Assembly: GCA_035265465.1 (NCBI GenBank)
Contig: DATFON010000065.1
Coordinates: 262 to 64,261 of the forward strand
Direction: 5' to 3'
Length of the DNA: 64,000 bases
From: Solirubrobacterales bacterium
Lineage (GTDB): Bacteria; Actinomycetota; Thermoleophilia; Solirubrobacterales; 70-9
Numbering within the stretch: position 1 is the first letter of the stretch; each line of letters begins with the position of its first letter. Both the position numbers and the translations under genes were made by a program. Below are positions 51,704 to 61,218 of the stretch, in pieces. The notes beneath the pieces were generated by a model. That model did no database searches. It worked only from the letters and a program-made list of their open reading frames with translations, and had not been told where the DNA came from.

Positions 51704-52249
51704 TCACGAAGAGGGGCCGGGCACGAGCGGTGTGTTGTTGGACGAGGAGATCAGGAAGCCGATCAGGATGCCCAGGCTCGCGAGCCCGACCACGCCGATC
51801 ACAATGCCCGCGATCGCGATCGCCCGGCCGCTCTGGTGTCCTCCGGAGGCGTCGATCTGCTTCAAGCCCAGGTAGCCGAGCACCACCGCCAGCACCGAGC
51901 CAAGACCGAACAGCCAGATGATCCCCAGAAACAGCGAGGCGATGGCGAAGCCGTTGGTGTCGCCCGCCTCCTCGCCTCCAGGGGCCCCGTTGGAGCGGCT
52001 CGCCGCCTTTGCCTTGGAGTCGACGCTCGCGAGCCACTCGTCCCGCGAGGGGAGCCTGCCCTCTTTGCGCGCCGCGAGCGCACAGGCCGTGTGCGCGTGG
52101 CGCCGGCGGCTCGCGTCGCCCTCGGGAAGCAGGAGCATGTGCTCGCTCAGCGCCGGCAGGTACAGGCCGCAGAACGGGCAGGTGTAGGTCGAGGGCTTAC
52201 GGCTCTGGGCGCGAACCGACCACCAGCGAGCCGCTTGCAGTTCGCTCAC
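51704..52249 (-). CDS. DUF4190-type small membrane protein with N-terminal Cys/His region
   Basis: 181 aa. YTCPFCGLYLP...HAHTAC, then NGFAIASLFLGIIWLFGLGSVLAVVLGYLGLKQI and AIAGIVIGVVGLASLGILIGF. Confidence 0.55.
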   Translation of the reverse strand: MSELQAARWWSVRAQSRKPSTYTCPFCGLYLPALSEHMLLLPEGDASRRRHAHTACALAARKEGRLPSRDEWLASVDSKAKAASRSNGAPGGEEAGDTNGFAIASLFLGIIWLFGLGSVLAVVLGYLGLKQIDASGGHQSGRAIAIAGIVIGVVGLASLGILIGFLISSSNNTPLVPGPSS

Positions 52250-52360
52250 CGGGCCAGCCTAGGCCCCTACAGGAAGATCACGATCTTCTGCTTGCCGTTG
52301 TTCGCGGCCCTGTGGTGCGGCCGATTGCCTGTAGCACCCGCCCATGGGAAGATCCCGGCG

Positions 52361-53116
52361 ATGGAGATCCAACTCGACTTCAGCGGACAGCACGCCCCCC
52401 AGACGAGCGTGCTGCTGCTTTTCGCGGCGTTCCTGATCTCGTTCCTGTTCATTCGCACGAGCGCGCGGTTGATGCGCAGCCCGAAGGTGCCGTGGTGGCC
52501 GGGGAGCGTGACGACCGAGGGCGGGCTGCACATCCACCACATGGTCTTCGGCATCGTGCTGATGCTCATCGGCGGCACGCTCGGCTTCGCCCTCGAGCAG
52601 GAGGCCCCATGGATCGAGCTGAGTGCCGTCGCGTTCGGGATCGGCGCCGGCCTCACGTTCGACGAATTTGCCTTGTGGGTTCACCTGGAGGACGTCTACT
52701 GGTCGGAGGAGGGGCGCCAGTCGGTCGACGCCGCCATTGTTGCCATCGCGTTCGTCGGCCTGGTGTTGACGGGCGCCATCTCGACGAATCTCGACACCGG
52801 CTCGCCCTGGCTCATCGCAGCCAGCGTCCTCGTCATCGCGGTCGGGATCGTCACGACCCTGATCGCGTTCTCGAAGTTCCGGCTGGCGCACGGCATGTTC
52901 GGCCTGGTCTTCTGGCCGCTGGCGCTCTGGGGCGCATGCCGCTTGGCCAAGCCGAACTCTCCGTGGGCCAAGCGCTTCTACGGCGAGCGCAACCCGGACA
53001 AGCAGGCCCGCGCGGAGGCCCGGTACGGGAGCCGCCGCATCGACCGGTTCAAGGACCGCGTCCGCGACGCCATCGGAGGACAGCCGACGAGCATCGAACA
53101 ACGCGAGCACGAGTAA
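52361..53116 (+). CDS. integral membrane protein, function unknown
   Basis: ATG 52361 in frame with the 945-aa track ORF, whose first ~694 aa are antisense to the binding-protein gene. ~6 TM helices (LLLFAAFLISFLFI, HHMVFGIVLMLIGGTLGF ...). Confidence 0.6.
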   Translation: MEIQLDFSGQHAPQTSVLLLFAAFLISFLFIRTSARLMRSPKVPWWPGSVTTEGGLHIHHMVFGIVLMLIGGTLGFALEQEAPWIELSAVAFGIGAGLTFDEFALWVHLEDVYWSEEGRQSVDAAIVAIAFVGLVLTGAISTNLDTGSPWLIAASVLVIAVGIVTTLIAFSKFRLAHGMFGLVFWPLALWGACRLAKPNSPWAKRFYGERNPDKQARAEARYGSRRIDRFKDRVRDAIGGQPTSIEQREHE

Positions 53117-53201
53117 GCCTCGTGACGGCCGCGTCAGGGCCGTGACCGCCGCGGTGAACGACCGGCGGCCAATGCGGGTACTCCGTGCAGGAGGTGATTT
53201 C

Positions 53202-53339
53202 GTGAACACGCTGTTTCAACCACGCTGGCGCGCATGGGTCGTGGGAGCGATTCTGCTCGCCGTCGCAATCGCCGTGGTCCTCGTGATCGCCTATTCGGGT
53301 GGCGGCTCGAGCGGCGGTGGCGGTGGTGGCGGCTACTGA
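53202..53339 (+). CDS. very small single-TM protein with poly-Gly tail (tentative)
   Basis: GTG 53202 about 8 nt after AGGAGG. VNTLFQPRWRAWVVGAILLAVAIAVVLVIAYSGGGSSGGGGGGGY. Confidence 0.35.
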   Translation: MNTLFQPRWRAWVVGAILLAVAIAVVLVIAYSGGGSSGGGGGGGY

Positions 53340-53481
53340 TCACCGTCTCGCCGAACCCGATCCAATCCGCGGACAGGCACGGGCCCCGGGATTCCCCGGG
53401 GCCCACTCATGCCGGAGGGCTTGATATCCCGGCTCGTGCGAACCTAGGGCGCGCAACCCACGCGAGAAGAGGCGAGAGCGA

Positions 53482-53943
53482 ATGACCGGAAAGGCCGATT
53501 TCACCGAGGAGGAGTGGAAGCTCCTGCGAGAGGCTCCGACCAGCGCCGGCATGCTCGTCATGGAGGCAGACCGCGGCGGGGTGGTCCGCGAGAGCTTCTC
53601 CATGGCCAAGGCGTACACCGGCGCCCGCACCGAGCATGGCGCCAGTCAGCTGCTGGACGACATCGTCTCCGAGAAGCCCGAGGTCGATCGAACCCGCTTC
53701 GCGTCGGAGGAGGAGCTTCGGTCGAACCTGCTTCAGCACATCCGTGACGCCATCGACCTGCTCCAGCAAAAGGCGACGCCAGAGGAGCTCGAGGAATACC
53801 GGCGCTTCATCATGACCGTCGCGAATCGGGTCGCCGACGCTCGCCGCGAGGGCTTCATGGGCATGAGCGGGGAGCGGGTCAGCGACGAGGAGCGCCAGGC
53901 GCTTGCGGACATCGGCGAGGCAGCGGGGGCAACGAGCAGCTGA
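53482..53943 (+). CDS. hypothetical cytosolic helical protein
   Basis: 153 aa. High GC3, GAGA-rich SD region upstream. No family recognised with confidence. Confidence 0.55.
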   Translation: MTGKADFTEEEWKLLREAPTSAGMLVMEADRGGVVRESFSMAKAYTGARTEHGASQLLDDIVSEKPEVDRTRFASEEELRSNLLQHIRDAIDLLQQKATPEELEEYRRFIMTVANRVADARREGFMGMSGERVSDEERQALADIGEAAGATSS

Positions 53944-53984
53944 GACCGGCTACGGTCGCTCGCGCATCGAGGCGGCGGCGATCC

Positions 53985-55598
53985 TCACGCAGGGATGACG
54001 AACAGGGTCAGCGATCGACCCGGATAAGTCGCGGCGAATCCGCCCGCGGGAACGTTCTTGTCACTGACGCGGTTGATCGCCCCGCCGGTCCACCTCCACA
54101 CCTGGGCCTTGCCCGAGGGCGAGATCCCGGACAGCGCGAGCGAGCTCTGGAGCGCGCCCGCGGTCTTGTTGATCACCAGGATCGTGTAGGCGCCGTCGCC
54201 GGATCGTCGCGCTCCGTAGACCGCCAGCTTGCTCTGGTTCGCGCTCGTCGACCGAACCCAGGTGTTGCCGAACTTGGCATGGTTGCCGTTGTAGTTCCGG
54301 AAGATGCGAAACGCGTCGGCGATCAGCGGACCGTCGTTGCCCATCTCCCAGCGGGTGGCGAGATCGACTCCCTCCCGGGCGAAGATCCCGAGCGTGTCGG
54401 CTTGGATCAGCGCGTTGGTCATCGCGTCGCCGACGGACAGGTTGTATTCGCTCAGCGCAAGCTTGGTGCCCGGGTAGTCCTGGGCGACCCATTGCTTCAT
54501 CCGCGGGATGAGCTGGATCTTTTCGCCGATCCAGCTCGGGTCGGTGTAGGTGGGATCCCAAAGCGAGCGGGTCACGTCGGTGGAGTTGCCCCCCTGGGCG
54601 TAGTAATGGAGGTCGAGGTAGTCCAAGAGCCGCGTCGCCTGCGCCTGCTGATAGGCGCGCATCTTCCGCAGGAACCACTCGACCAGAGGCGTCCCGCCGT
54701 GGTTGGCGCGGTCCGGTGAGCTCGCGAAGCAGCCGCTGTTCACGTGGTCGGCGGCGCTGCAGAAGTAGTTCGGCCACCCCCACTCCGAGAAGCCGAGCAC
54801 CTTCGCCGTGGGGTCCGCAGCCTTGACGGCGGCGCCGTAATCGCGCGACTTCTGCCACAGCTCGTTGTAGGTCTCCGGAGCGGGGTGCATGTCCCGGTGG
54901 GTGCTGTTCCATAACGCCGGCTCGTTGCCCAACTCATAGAAGCGGACCCCACCGTTCGCCGCCGACCCGTACAGGCTCACGAGCTTCTTGACCCAGGCAG
55001 CGTCGAACGACGGACCGATCTGCATGCCGTCGCGAGCGGGATTGCTGGCGAGCGCGGTGCCGCCCTGGAGCCCGTTGCCGCAGTTCGCGTCGTAGGGGTC
55101 GAACGAGTCCTGATTCGAGAAGACGGATGCCGGAAAGCCACAGGTGAACGGGTGGCTGGGCTTCCCGTCCTTGGCCACCCAGCCCATCATCGGCAACGTC
55201 ATCAGCGTTTGGGCGCCAACCGATCGATCCTTCTGGACGACCTGCCTGTAGGCGTACCTGGGGCCGTCGTCGCAGGTGTAGGTTGGGGCGTCGAAGCAGT
55301 CGGGGATGTTCTCGAAGTACCAGTCGTTGCCAGTGTTGGACGCGCCGATCTTCCAGTTGTAGGTGTCGGTCGTGTTCCCGCCCCAGCGGTCCACGGGCAG
55401 GTCGAGCTGGTTGGCGAGCCCGGCCGGGGCGAAGTTCATCCCGTAGATGTAGGGGCTGATCGCATGATGACCGGCGTCACCGTTGACCGAAAGCGCTGGG
55501 CCCGACGTCGCACCGAACGCGGCCGGTGAGGCGAGCAACGCGACGCAGACCGTCGCCACGGCTGCTCCGAGCCTCCATGCCCCCCGCCTGGTGCCCAT
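53985..55598 (-). CDS. secreted glycoside hydrolase, GH44-like
   Basis: ATG 55598 gives signal peptide MGTRRGAWRLGAAVATVCVALLASPAAFGA. RWGGNTTDTYNWK, FYELGNEPALWNSTHRDMHP, LDLHYYAQ, LSEYN resemble GH44 signatures recalled from memory. Confidence 0.6.
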   Translation of the reverse strand: MGTRRGAWRLGAAVATVCVALLASPAAFGATSGPALSVNGDAGHHAISPYIYGMNFAPAGLANQLDLPVDRWGGNTTDTYNWKIGASNTGNDWYFENIPDCFDAPTYTCDDGPRYAYRQVVQKDRSVGAQTLMTLPMMGWVAKDGKPSHPFTCGFPASVFSNQDSFDPYDANCGNGLQGGTALASNPARDGMQIGPSFDAAWVKKLVSLYGSAANGGVRFYELGNEPALWNSTHRDMHPAPETYNELWQKSRDYGAAVKAADPTAKVLGFSEWGWPNYFCSAADHVNSGCFASSPDRANHGGTPLVEWFLRKMRAYQQAQATRLLDYLDLHYYAQGGNSTDVTRSLWDPTYTDPSWIGEKIQLIPRMKQWVAQDYPGTKLALSEYNLSVGDAMTNALIQADTLGIFAREGVDLATRWEMGNDGPLIADAFRIFRNYNGNHAKFGNTWVRSTSANQSKLAVYGARRSGDGAYTILVINKTAGALQSSLALSGISPSGKAQVWRWTGGAINRVSDKNVPAGGFAATYPGRSLTLFVIPA

Positions 55599-55626
55599 GG
55601 GATGATCGTACCCGGCTGGCACGCGA

Positions 55627-57048
55627 TTACGGCTGAAGGAGTCGGCCCGCCGTGCCCTCGATCGACTGGATGCCATAGCCCATGGACGGGCTGCCGTCGG
55701 TGAGGACGGCGATCGCGATCTGTCGCTCCGAGCGCTTCACTCGGGCTACCTGATGGACGAGCTGGCCGCGGCTCGTGCCTCGCCACCCACCCTTGAAGAA
55801 GACCTTCCATCCGCGTGGCCTGGCGACGGCGGGGATGCCCCAGCTTTGCGAGCTCGTGATGTGCGACAGCAGGTGGTTCGCGTAGTGGCGGAACGCGGAC
55901 GGCAGAAGTCGCTTCATCTCGTAGAAGAACCGGGCTTGGTCGGCGGCACTGATCATCGCGTTCGTCCACAAACCGTCGATCGAGAAGTCCTTCATCCGAG
56001 CGTGGCGTGCGAGCCGCCGCAGCCTGTGGTTCCCGACGATCGACCAGACCTTGGTGGCGGCGTCGTTGTCGGAGACGTGGATCATCGGATGAAGCAACGA
56101 ACGGCTGTAGGCGTCCAGGCTTCGGTGCGCGTGATGGAGCTTGCGCAGGTAGGCCACCAGCAGCATTGCCTTGACGACGCTGGCGCTGACGAAGCGGCGG
56201 TGAACGTGGGACCCGTACAGCCTCCCCTCGCTGGTCACCACGGCGAACGACTTGACGCCCGCCCGGCCCGCGAGGTAGCGCCGGGCCCGGTCGATGCTTC
56301 CGCGGCTCGGATAGCCGAACGGAGCCTTCCCGGTCCCCTGGTAGAGCGCGTGGCGGCCACCGTGGAATCGGTGCCGCCCGCAGTCGGGATGGGCGGACGC
56401 GGGGCCCATCGCCGCCAACGATCGGGCCCGAAAGCAGGCCGCGAAACGGAAGCTGCCCGCCGGTACCTTGATGGTCGTCCGCATCCGGGTCACACCCGGG
56501 TCAGCGGTGCGAGTGCGGCCGACGTCGACCCGGTGGAGCCGCGTCCTCTTCCCGGGCGACGTGTACCAGCTCAGGCGCCGGTCCCCCCAATGAAGATCGG
56601 CCGGGTGACGGCTGCGGATCACGATCCGGGCCCGACCCGGCGTCCTGTAGCGAATCCGGGTGGTGACGATCTCGTTCACGGTCACGGAGACCGTGCCGCT
56701 CCGCACACTCGACATGCCCGGGAGCAGGACCCTGTACCTGGTGTTTCGCGAGGGCGACACCCGGAACCGGTAGGCGCCATCGGGGGCGGTCGCCGTGGAT
56801 CCCTCCGTCGCGAACGAGCCGTACGGATAGGGGTCGGACTGGAGCTCGACCAGGACTCCGCCATCACCACCGGGATGACCCGTAACCCCGCCCGTGATCC
56901 CAGTCGATCCCGTGAAGCGGATGTCGTCGCGGCCGGCGTGTGCCGACACCTTGGTGGTTGCCGCCCCAGCGGGCGATACTGCCAGCGCCCCGACCGATGC
57001 CAGGCCGAGCACGGCGGCGATCAGACGGCGTCTCCTCAAGGCCTGCAC
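55627..57048 (-). CDS. secreted serine hydrolase, class A beta-lactamase-related C-terminal domain with N-terminal beta-rich region
   Basis: 473 aa. Signal peptide MQALRRRRLIAAVLGLASVGALAVSPAGA. SxxK motif in FVSASVVKAMLLVAYL. Confidence 0.6.
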   Translation of the reverse strand: MQALRRRRLIAAVLGLASVGALAVSPAGAATTKVSAHAGRDDIRFTGSTGITGGVTGHPGGDGGVLVELQSDPYPYGSFATEGSTATAPDGAYRFRVSPSRNTRYRVLLPGMSSVRSGTVSVTVNEIVTTRIRYRTPGRARIVIRSRHPADLHWGDRRLSWYTSPGKRTRLHRVDVGRTRTADPGVTRMRTTIKVPAGSFRFAACFRARSLAAMGPASAHPDCGRHRFHGGRHALYQGTGKAPFGYPSRGSIDRARRYLAGRAGVKSFAVVTSEGRLYGSHVHRRFVSASVVKAMLLVAYLRKLHHAHRSLDAYSRSLLHPMIHVSDNDAATKVWSIVGNHRLRRLARHARMKDFSIDGLWTNAMISAADQARFFYEMKRLLPSAFRHYANHLLSHITSSQSWGIPAVARPRGWKVFFKGGWRGTSRGQLVHQVARVKRSERQIAIAVLTDGSPSMGYGIQSIEGTAGRLLQP

Positions 57049-57191
57049 CGTACACGGGCCTCTGCCGGTCGGGCCGGCTTGCTACCTTTCCGCCCGTAAC
57101 GGACCGGGATTAATCCCGGAAAATCGTGTTAGCGCTCGTCGTTGTTGGCATTAAGCCTCCGCGGTCGCGGCACAAACCGATGGAGGATCAG

Positions 57192-57395
57192 ATGCCAACT
57201 GGCACAGTGAAGTGGTTCAGCGACGAGAAGGGGTTCGGGTTCATCACTCCAGATGACGGTTCCTCTGACTTGTTCGTGCACCAGAGCGCGATCAACTCGG
57301 AGGGGTTCCGTACCCTGGCCGAGGGCGCCAAGGTGTCGTTCGAGTCCGAGGCCGGCCCGAAGGGCCCCCGCGCCGTGAGCGTTCAGCCGCTCTAG
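57192..57395 (+). CDS. cspA: cold-shock protein (CspA family)
   Basis: ATG 57192 after [38 protein letters not shown]. Confidence 0.92.
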   Translation: MPTGTVKWFSDEKGFGFITPDDGSSDLFVHQSAINSEGFRTLAEGAKVSFESEAGPKGPRAVSVQPL

Positions 57396-57416
57396 CGGTC
57401 CCACTTCAAAGACGTT

Positions 57417-57453
57417 GTCCGAGGGCCGCTCCTAGCAGGAGCGGCCCTCGGAC
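57417..57453. terminator. perfect 16-bp hairpin between convergent csp and desaturase genes
   Basis: GTCCGAGGGCCGCTCC-TAGCA-GGAGCGGCCCTCGGAC, 22 nt after the csp stop. Confidence 0.65.
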
Positions 57454-57565
57454 GTTAGGGGTTGGACGGCGTGCGGTCGAGCCCGCGGGCACCCGCCGGG
57501 CGATTGTCGGGTTTCGGCGATATAGGCGCCGTTTTCGACAATCGCTCGGGGCGGAGCTGCTGAGG

Positions 57566-58549
57566 CTAAGCGGGAACGTAGGCCTTGGCGGCTCGCCGCG
57601 CCGGGGACGGCCTCACGACGTCCCAGACCAGGCCGACCTTCTCCAGGGCAGCGATCACGAGGCCGGAGGGATCGGGCTGCCATCGGCTCAGGCCATGTAC
57701 GGCGGAGGTCGGAAACGCGTGATGGTTGTTGTGCCACGCCTCGCCGAACGTGGGCAGGGCGAGCCACGCGAGGTTGCGGGACTCGTCCTGGGTCTCGTAC
57801 GGCCGGCTGCCGAACATGTGGCACAGGGAGTTGACGCTGTAGGTGACGTGGTGGACCACGAACACGCGCACCGCGCCGCCCCAGAGCAGCGCCGTCAAGC
57901 CGGCCGCGATGGAGCCCCCGATGGCCACCCCCAGCCCGAACGGGATCGCGAGCCCAACGAGCGCCCACACGACGAAGGTGCGATCGATGAAACGAATCAC
58001 GGGGTCGGCGAGAAGATCCGGAGCGAAGCGCTCCTTGCAGCCGCGCTGGGAGTGAATGAAGAGCCAGCCGACGTGGGCGTGGTACAAGCCGCGCAGGGAC
58101 CCTCGCAGGCCGGAACCGTGGCCGACGTGGGGACTGTGTGGATCACCCTCACGATCGGAGCAGGCGTGGTGCTTGCGGTGGTCGGCGACCCAGGAGATCG
58201 CGGGTCCCTCGACTGCAGCGGAGCCGAGGGCGGCGAACACGCCGCGGAGCAGCGGGCTCGTCGAGAAGCTCCGATGCGTAAGCAACCGATGGAAGCCGAC
58301 CGTGACGCCGAGGCCGGTGACGACATAGGCGAGGGCGAGTATCACCAGATCGCTCCATCGGAGCGCCTCGTTCCAGGCCTGCCAGGCGGCCAGGCCCAGG
58401 AGCAGGATCGGCACGACGGTGACGAGGCCCGTGATGATTCGGTCCCGCGTTTCGTTTGAGGTGGATTCCACGGCCGTCGCCGGCCGGCCGCGCACGCGGG
58501 CGGCGGCTTCTCCGCCGACTGTGGCGGTGGGGTTCCGGTCCGAAGACAT
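57566..58549 (-). CDS. acyl-CoA (delta-9-type) fatty-acid desaturase
   Basis: 327 aa. Histidine boxes HRLLTH, HRKHHACSD, HNNHHAF. 4 TM segments. Confidence 0.85.
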   Translation of the reverse strand: MSSDRNPTATVGGEAAARVRGRPATAVESTSNETRDRIITGLVTVVPILLLGLAAWQAWNEALRWSDLVILALAYVVTGLGVTVGFHRLLTHRSFSTSPLLRGVFAALGSAAVEGPAISWVADHRKHHACSDREGDPHSPHVGHGSGLRGSLRGLYHAHVGWLFIHSQRGCKERFAPDLLADPVIRFIDRTFVVWALVGLAIPFGLGVAIGGSIAAGLTALLWGGAVRVFVVHHVTYSVNSLCHMFGSRPYETQDESRNLAWLALPTFGEAWHNNHHAFPTSAVHGLSRWQPDPSGLVIAALEKVGLVWDVVRPSPARRAAKAYVPA

Positions 58550-58553
58550 CAGC

Positions 58554-58721
58554 TCAGCCGCCGGCGCGGGCCAGGTACGCCGCCCAAACGAAGAGCAGAA
58601 CTGCCCCTCCGAGGAGGAGGAGGCCTCCCTGCTCGGAGCCGTGCGTAATCGTGGCTAGTCCAAGCAGGAGGCAGATTCCGCCGCTCCAGGCGCTGATCTC
58701 GGGTCCGTGCGAAGAATCCAT
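58554..58721 (-). CDS. 55-aa two-TM peptide upstream of desaturase (tentative; below ORF-track length cut-off)
   Basis: Own translation: MDSSHGPEISAWSGGICLLLGLATITHGSEQGGLLLLGGAVLLFVWAAYLARAGG. The stop lies 4 nt before the desaturase ATG. Confidence 0.3.
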   Translation of the reverse strand: MDSSHGPEISAWSGGICLLLGLATITHGSEQGGLLLLGGAVLLFVWAAYLARAGG

Positions 58722-58800
58722 GTGCTGAAGGTCCTCCCGTCAGATTACTCCGATGACGCTACGCGGCAACTACCCTCCGCGGCCTGATTCGAACCGGCGC

Positions 58801-61104
58801 ATGCGCTCTGGCTCATGGTTACCGTGCGCGATCGCGGTCGTGGAGGAGATCAGGCAAACGCCGTTTCGCGTGCGGTGGGCGGTCGCGCTCTGCCTGGTCC
58901 TCGCAACATGCGCCTGGCCGGCCGGGGCGCTCGCGGGTGGTTCCAGCCACCTCGACATCCGCGTCCTCTCGAACCGCGCCGACTTGATCTCCGGTGGCGA
59001 CGCGCTGGTGGTGGTGAAGCTCCCGCGTGGGGTGCGGCCGTCGCAGGTCCGCATGAAGGTGAACGACCGCAACGTCACCGGCGACTTCGCGATGCGCGTA
59101 AACGGACGCTACGAGGGCCGGCTCGATGGGCTGCGCCTTGGCCGCAACGTCGTGACCGCAACCGCGCCTGGGACCGATTCGGATCGCATCGCGATTCGCA
59201 ACCACGCGATGGGCGGGCCCGTCTTCTCGGGTCCCCAGATACAGCCGTGGGTGTGCCGGAACGGCTCCACGCGCCCCAAGTGCCAGGCCCCTGCAACCTA
59301 CGAGTACCAGTACAAGTCCTCGCTCGACGGCGGGCTCCATCCCTACGACCCGGACAACCCGCCTTCAGACGTCGCCAAGACCACGACCCAGACCGGCAAG
59401 ACGGTGCCGTTCATCGTCCGCATCGAGACCGGCTATCAGGACCGCGATCAGTACAAGATCGCCGTTCTGGACCAGCCCGGCAAGTCGTGGAAGCCGTGGA
59501 ATCCTCAGCCGCAGTTCAACCACAAGCTCCTGATCACCCACGGCGCGAGCTGTGGAATCGATCACCAGAGCGGCGAGGCGCCAAGCGTCACGGGCGACAC
59601 GGTCGGCGGCTCCAGCCCAACGACCGCGCTCGGCATGGGATTCGCGGTGATGTCAACGGCTCTCGACAACGCCGGCCACAACTGCAACATCGCCACCGAG
59701 GCAGAGTCGCTCGTGATGGCGAAGGAGCACCTGATCGAGAGCTACGGAGCGCTCCGATACACGATCGGGACCGGGTGCTCGGGTGGCTCCCTGGTCCAGC
59801 AGCAGGTCGCGAACGCGTACCCCGGCATCTGCCAGGGCATCCTTCCGCAGTGCTCGTTCCCCGACTCGTGGTCGACCGGCCAGCAGCTCGCCGCCTACCA
59901 CTTCGACCGTGGCTACTTCGAGAACCCGTCCAAGTGGGGACCGGGCATCGCCTGGACCCCGTCGCAGATCGCCGCCGTGGAAGGCCATCCGAACCACGTC
60001 AACGCAATCGTGTTCGACTCCGTGTACTGGACCTCGCTGGCGGACCCGGCGGACGGCTGCCCCGGCGTGCCCTCCTCGGACAACTACGACCCGCAGACGA
60101 ATCCCGACGGCGTCCGGTGCACGCTCGCCGACTACATGATCAACGTGCTCGGCCCGCGGCCACCCAGCCTGTGGACGTCGCCCGAGACCGAGGCGGGCCA
60201 CGGGTTCGCCGGGCTGCCGATCGGCGACGTCGGCGTCCAGTTCGGGCTCGAGGCCCTGAAGAACGGCGGCATCAGCCCAGCGCAGTTCGTGGATCTGAAC
60301 GCCAAGATCGGCGGCGCGGACATCGACCTGAACCCGATTCCCCAGCGCAGCGACGCCACCCAGCCTGCGCTGCGAAACGCCTACCGCAGCGGCGGCGTCA
60401 ACGAGGCGAACAACCTGACCGGTGTGGCGATCATCGACCTGCGTGGGCCGGACCCCGGCGCCTTCCACGACGCGTACCGATCGTGGACCATCCGCGCCCG
60501 GCTCGAGCGCCAGGAGGGGCACTTCCCGCGAAACCACGTGATCTGGTTCGGCCAGACGCCGCTGATCGGCGATCCGCGGTACACGACCCAGGGATTGAAG
60601 GCGATGGATCGGTGGCTCTCGGCGGTGGCGCAGGACGATCGCGACCTGCCGCTTGCCACCAAGGTGGCGAGGGATCGGCCCGCGGACGTCCACGATCAGT
60701 GTTCGTCGATTCCCGGCGTGGAGAAGGTGTCGGTGCCCGGCGTCGGACCCGTCTGCAGGCTCAAGGAGGCTCAGACGCGCTTCGGCACTCCCGCGACGGT
60801 CGCCGGTGAGAGCATCGCCACCGACCAGAATCGCTGCCAGCTGAAGCCGCTCCGCCGCAGCGACTACTACCCGATCGACTTCACGGCGTCCCAGTGGTCG
60901 GCGCTCAAGGGAGCGTTCCCGACCGGCGTCTGCGACTGGGAACGACCGGGGGTGTCGCAGCGCGACACGATCCCGTGGCTCACCTACCAGGAGCCCGACG
61001 GCCACGTGGTCTACGGCGGCGAGCGCCTGGGGGCCGCTCCCGACGGATCCGGCGGCGGCTGGACCAGCCGCGCGTTCTCGTCCTGGCGCCGCGCAAGCGG
61101 CTGA
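58801..61104 (+). CDS. large secreted protein with GCSGGS motif (tannase/feruloyl-esterase-like alpha/beta fold; DUF6351-like)
   Basis: Signal-like segment WAVALCLVLATCAWPAGALA. IGTGCSGGSLVQQQVANAYPGICQGILPQCSFPDSW. Start uncertain (ATG 58801, or 58753 as in the track). Confidence 0.55.
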   Translation: MRSGSWLPCAIAVVEEIRQTPFRVRWAVALCLVLATCAWPAGALAGGSSHLDIRVLSNRADLISGGDALVVVKLPRGVRPSQVRMKVNDRNVTGDFAMRVNGRYEGRLDGLRLGRNVVTATAPGTDSDRIAIRNHAMGGPVFSGPQIQPWVCRNGSTRPKCQAPATYEYQYKSSLDGGLHPYDPDNPPSDVAKTTTQTGKTVPFIVRIETGYQDRDQYKIAVLDQPGKSWKPWNPQPQFNHKLLITHGASCGIDHQSGEAPSVTGDTVGGSSPTTALGMGFAVMSTALDNAGHNCNIATEAESLVMAKEHLIESYGALRYTIGTGCSGGSLVQQQVANAYPGICQGILPQCSFPDSWSTGQQLAAYHFDRGYFENPSKWGPGIAWTPSQIAAVEGHPNHVNAIVFDSVYWTSLADPADGCPGVPSSDNYDPQTNPDGVRCTLADYMINVLGPRPPSLWTSPETEAGHGFAGLPIGDVGVQFGLEALKNGGISPAQFVDLNAKIGGADIDLNPIPQRSDATQPALRNAYRSGGVNEANNLTGVAIIDLRGPDPGAFHDAYRSWTIRARLERQEGHFPRNHVIWFGQTPLIGDPRYTTQGLKAMDRWLSAVAQDDRDLPLATKVARDRPADVHDQCSSIPGVEKVSVPGVGPVCRLKEAQTRFGTPATVAGESIATDQNRCQLKPLRRSDYYPIDFTASQWSALKGAFPTGVCDWERPGVSQRDTIPWLTYQEPDGHVVYGGERLGAAPDGSGGGWTSRAFSSWRRASG

Positions 61105-61160
61105 GGCACCGCCGCCCCTCGGCAAGTAGGCGACGCCCTGTCGGCCCCGGCGACCCCGAC

Positions 61161-61218
61161 TCGAAGCATTTGGTGTTTTGGGGACGCTATAGCGGCCCCA
61201 ATCCACCAAACGCTTCGA
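61161..61218 (+). repeat. 58-nt imperfect hairpin with CGC-TATA-GCG apex (copy 4 of apex family)
   Basis: TCGAAGCATTTGGTGTTTTGGGGACGC-TATA-GCGGCCCCAATCCACCAAACGCTTCGA. ~23 bp with three internal mismatches/loops. 57 nt after the stop at 61104. Confidence 0.55.

Noticed and set aside
50279-52360. First ~694 aa of the 945-aa plus-strand ORF 50279..53116
   Set aside because: This part is antisense to the binding-protein and DUF4190 genes. Only the last 251 aa (from ATG 52361) look like a real membrane protein.
58815-61209. ORFs 58815..60809 (+, 664 aa, alternate frame) and 59653..61209 (-, 518 aa)
   Set aside because: They are out-of-frame or antisense to the 783-aa secreted protein. Their composition is R/P/G-rich with no motifs.
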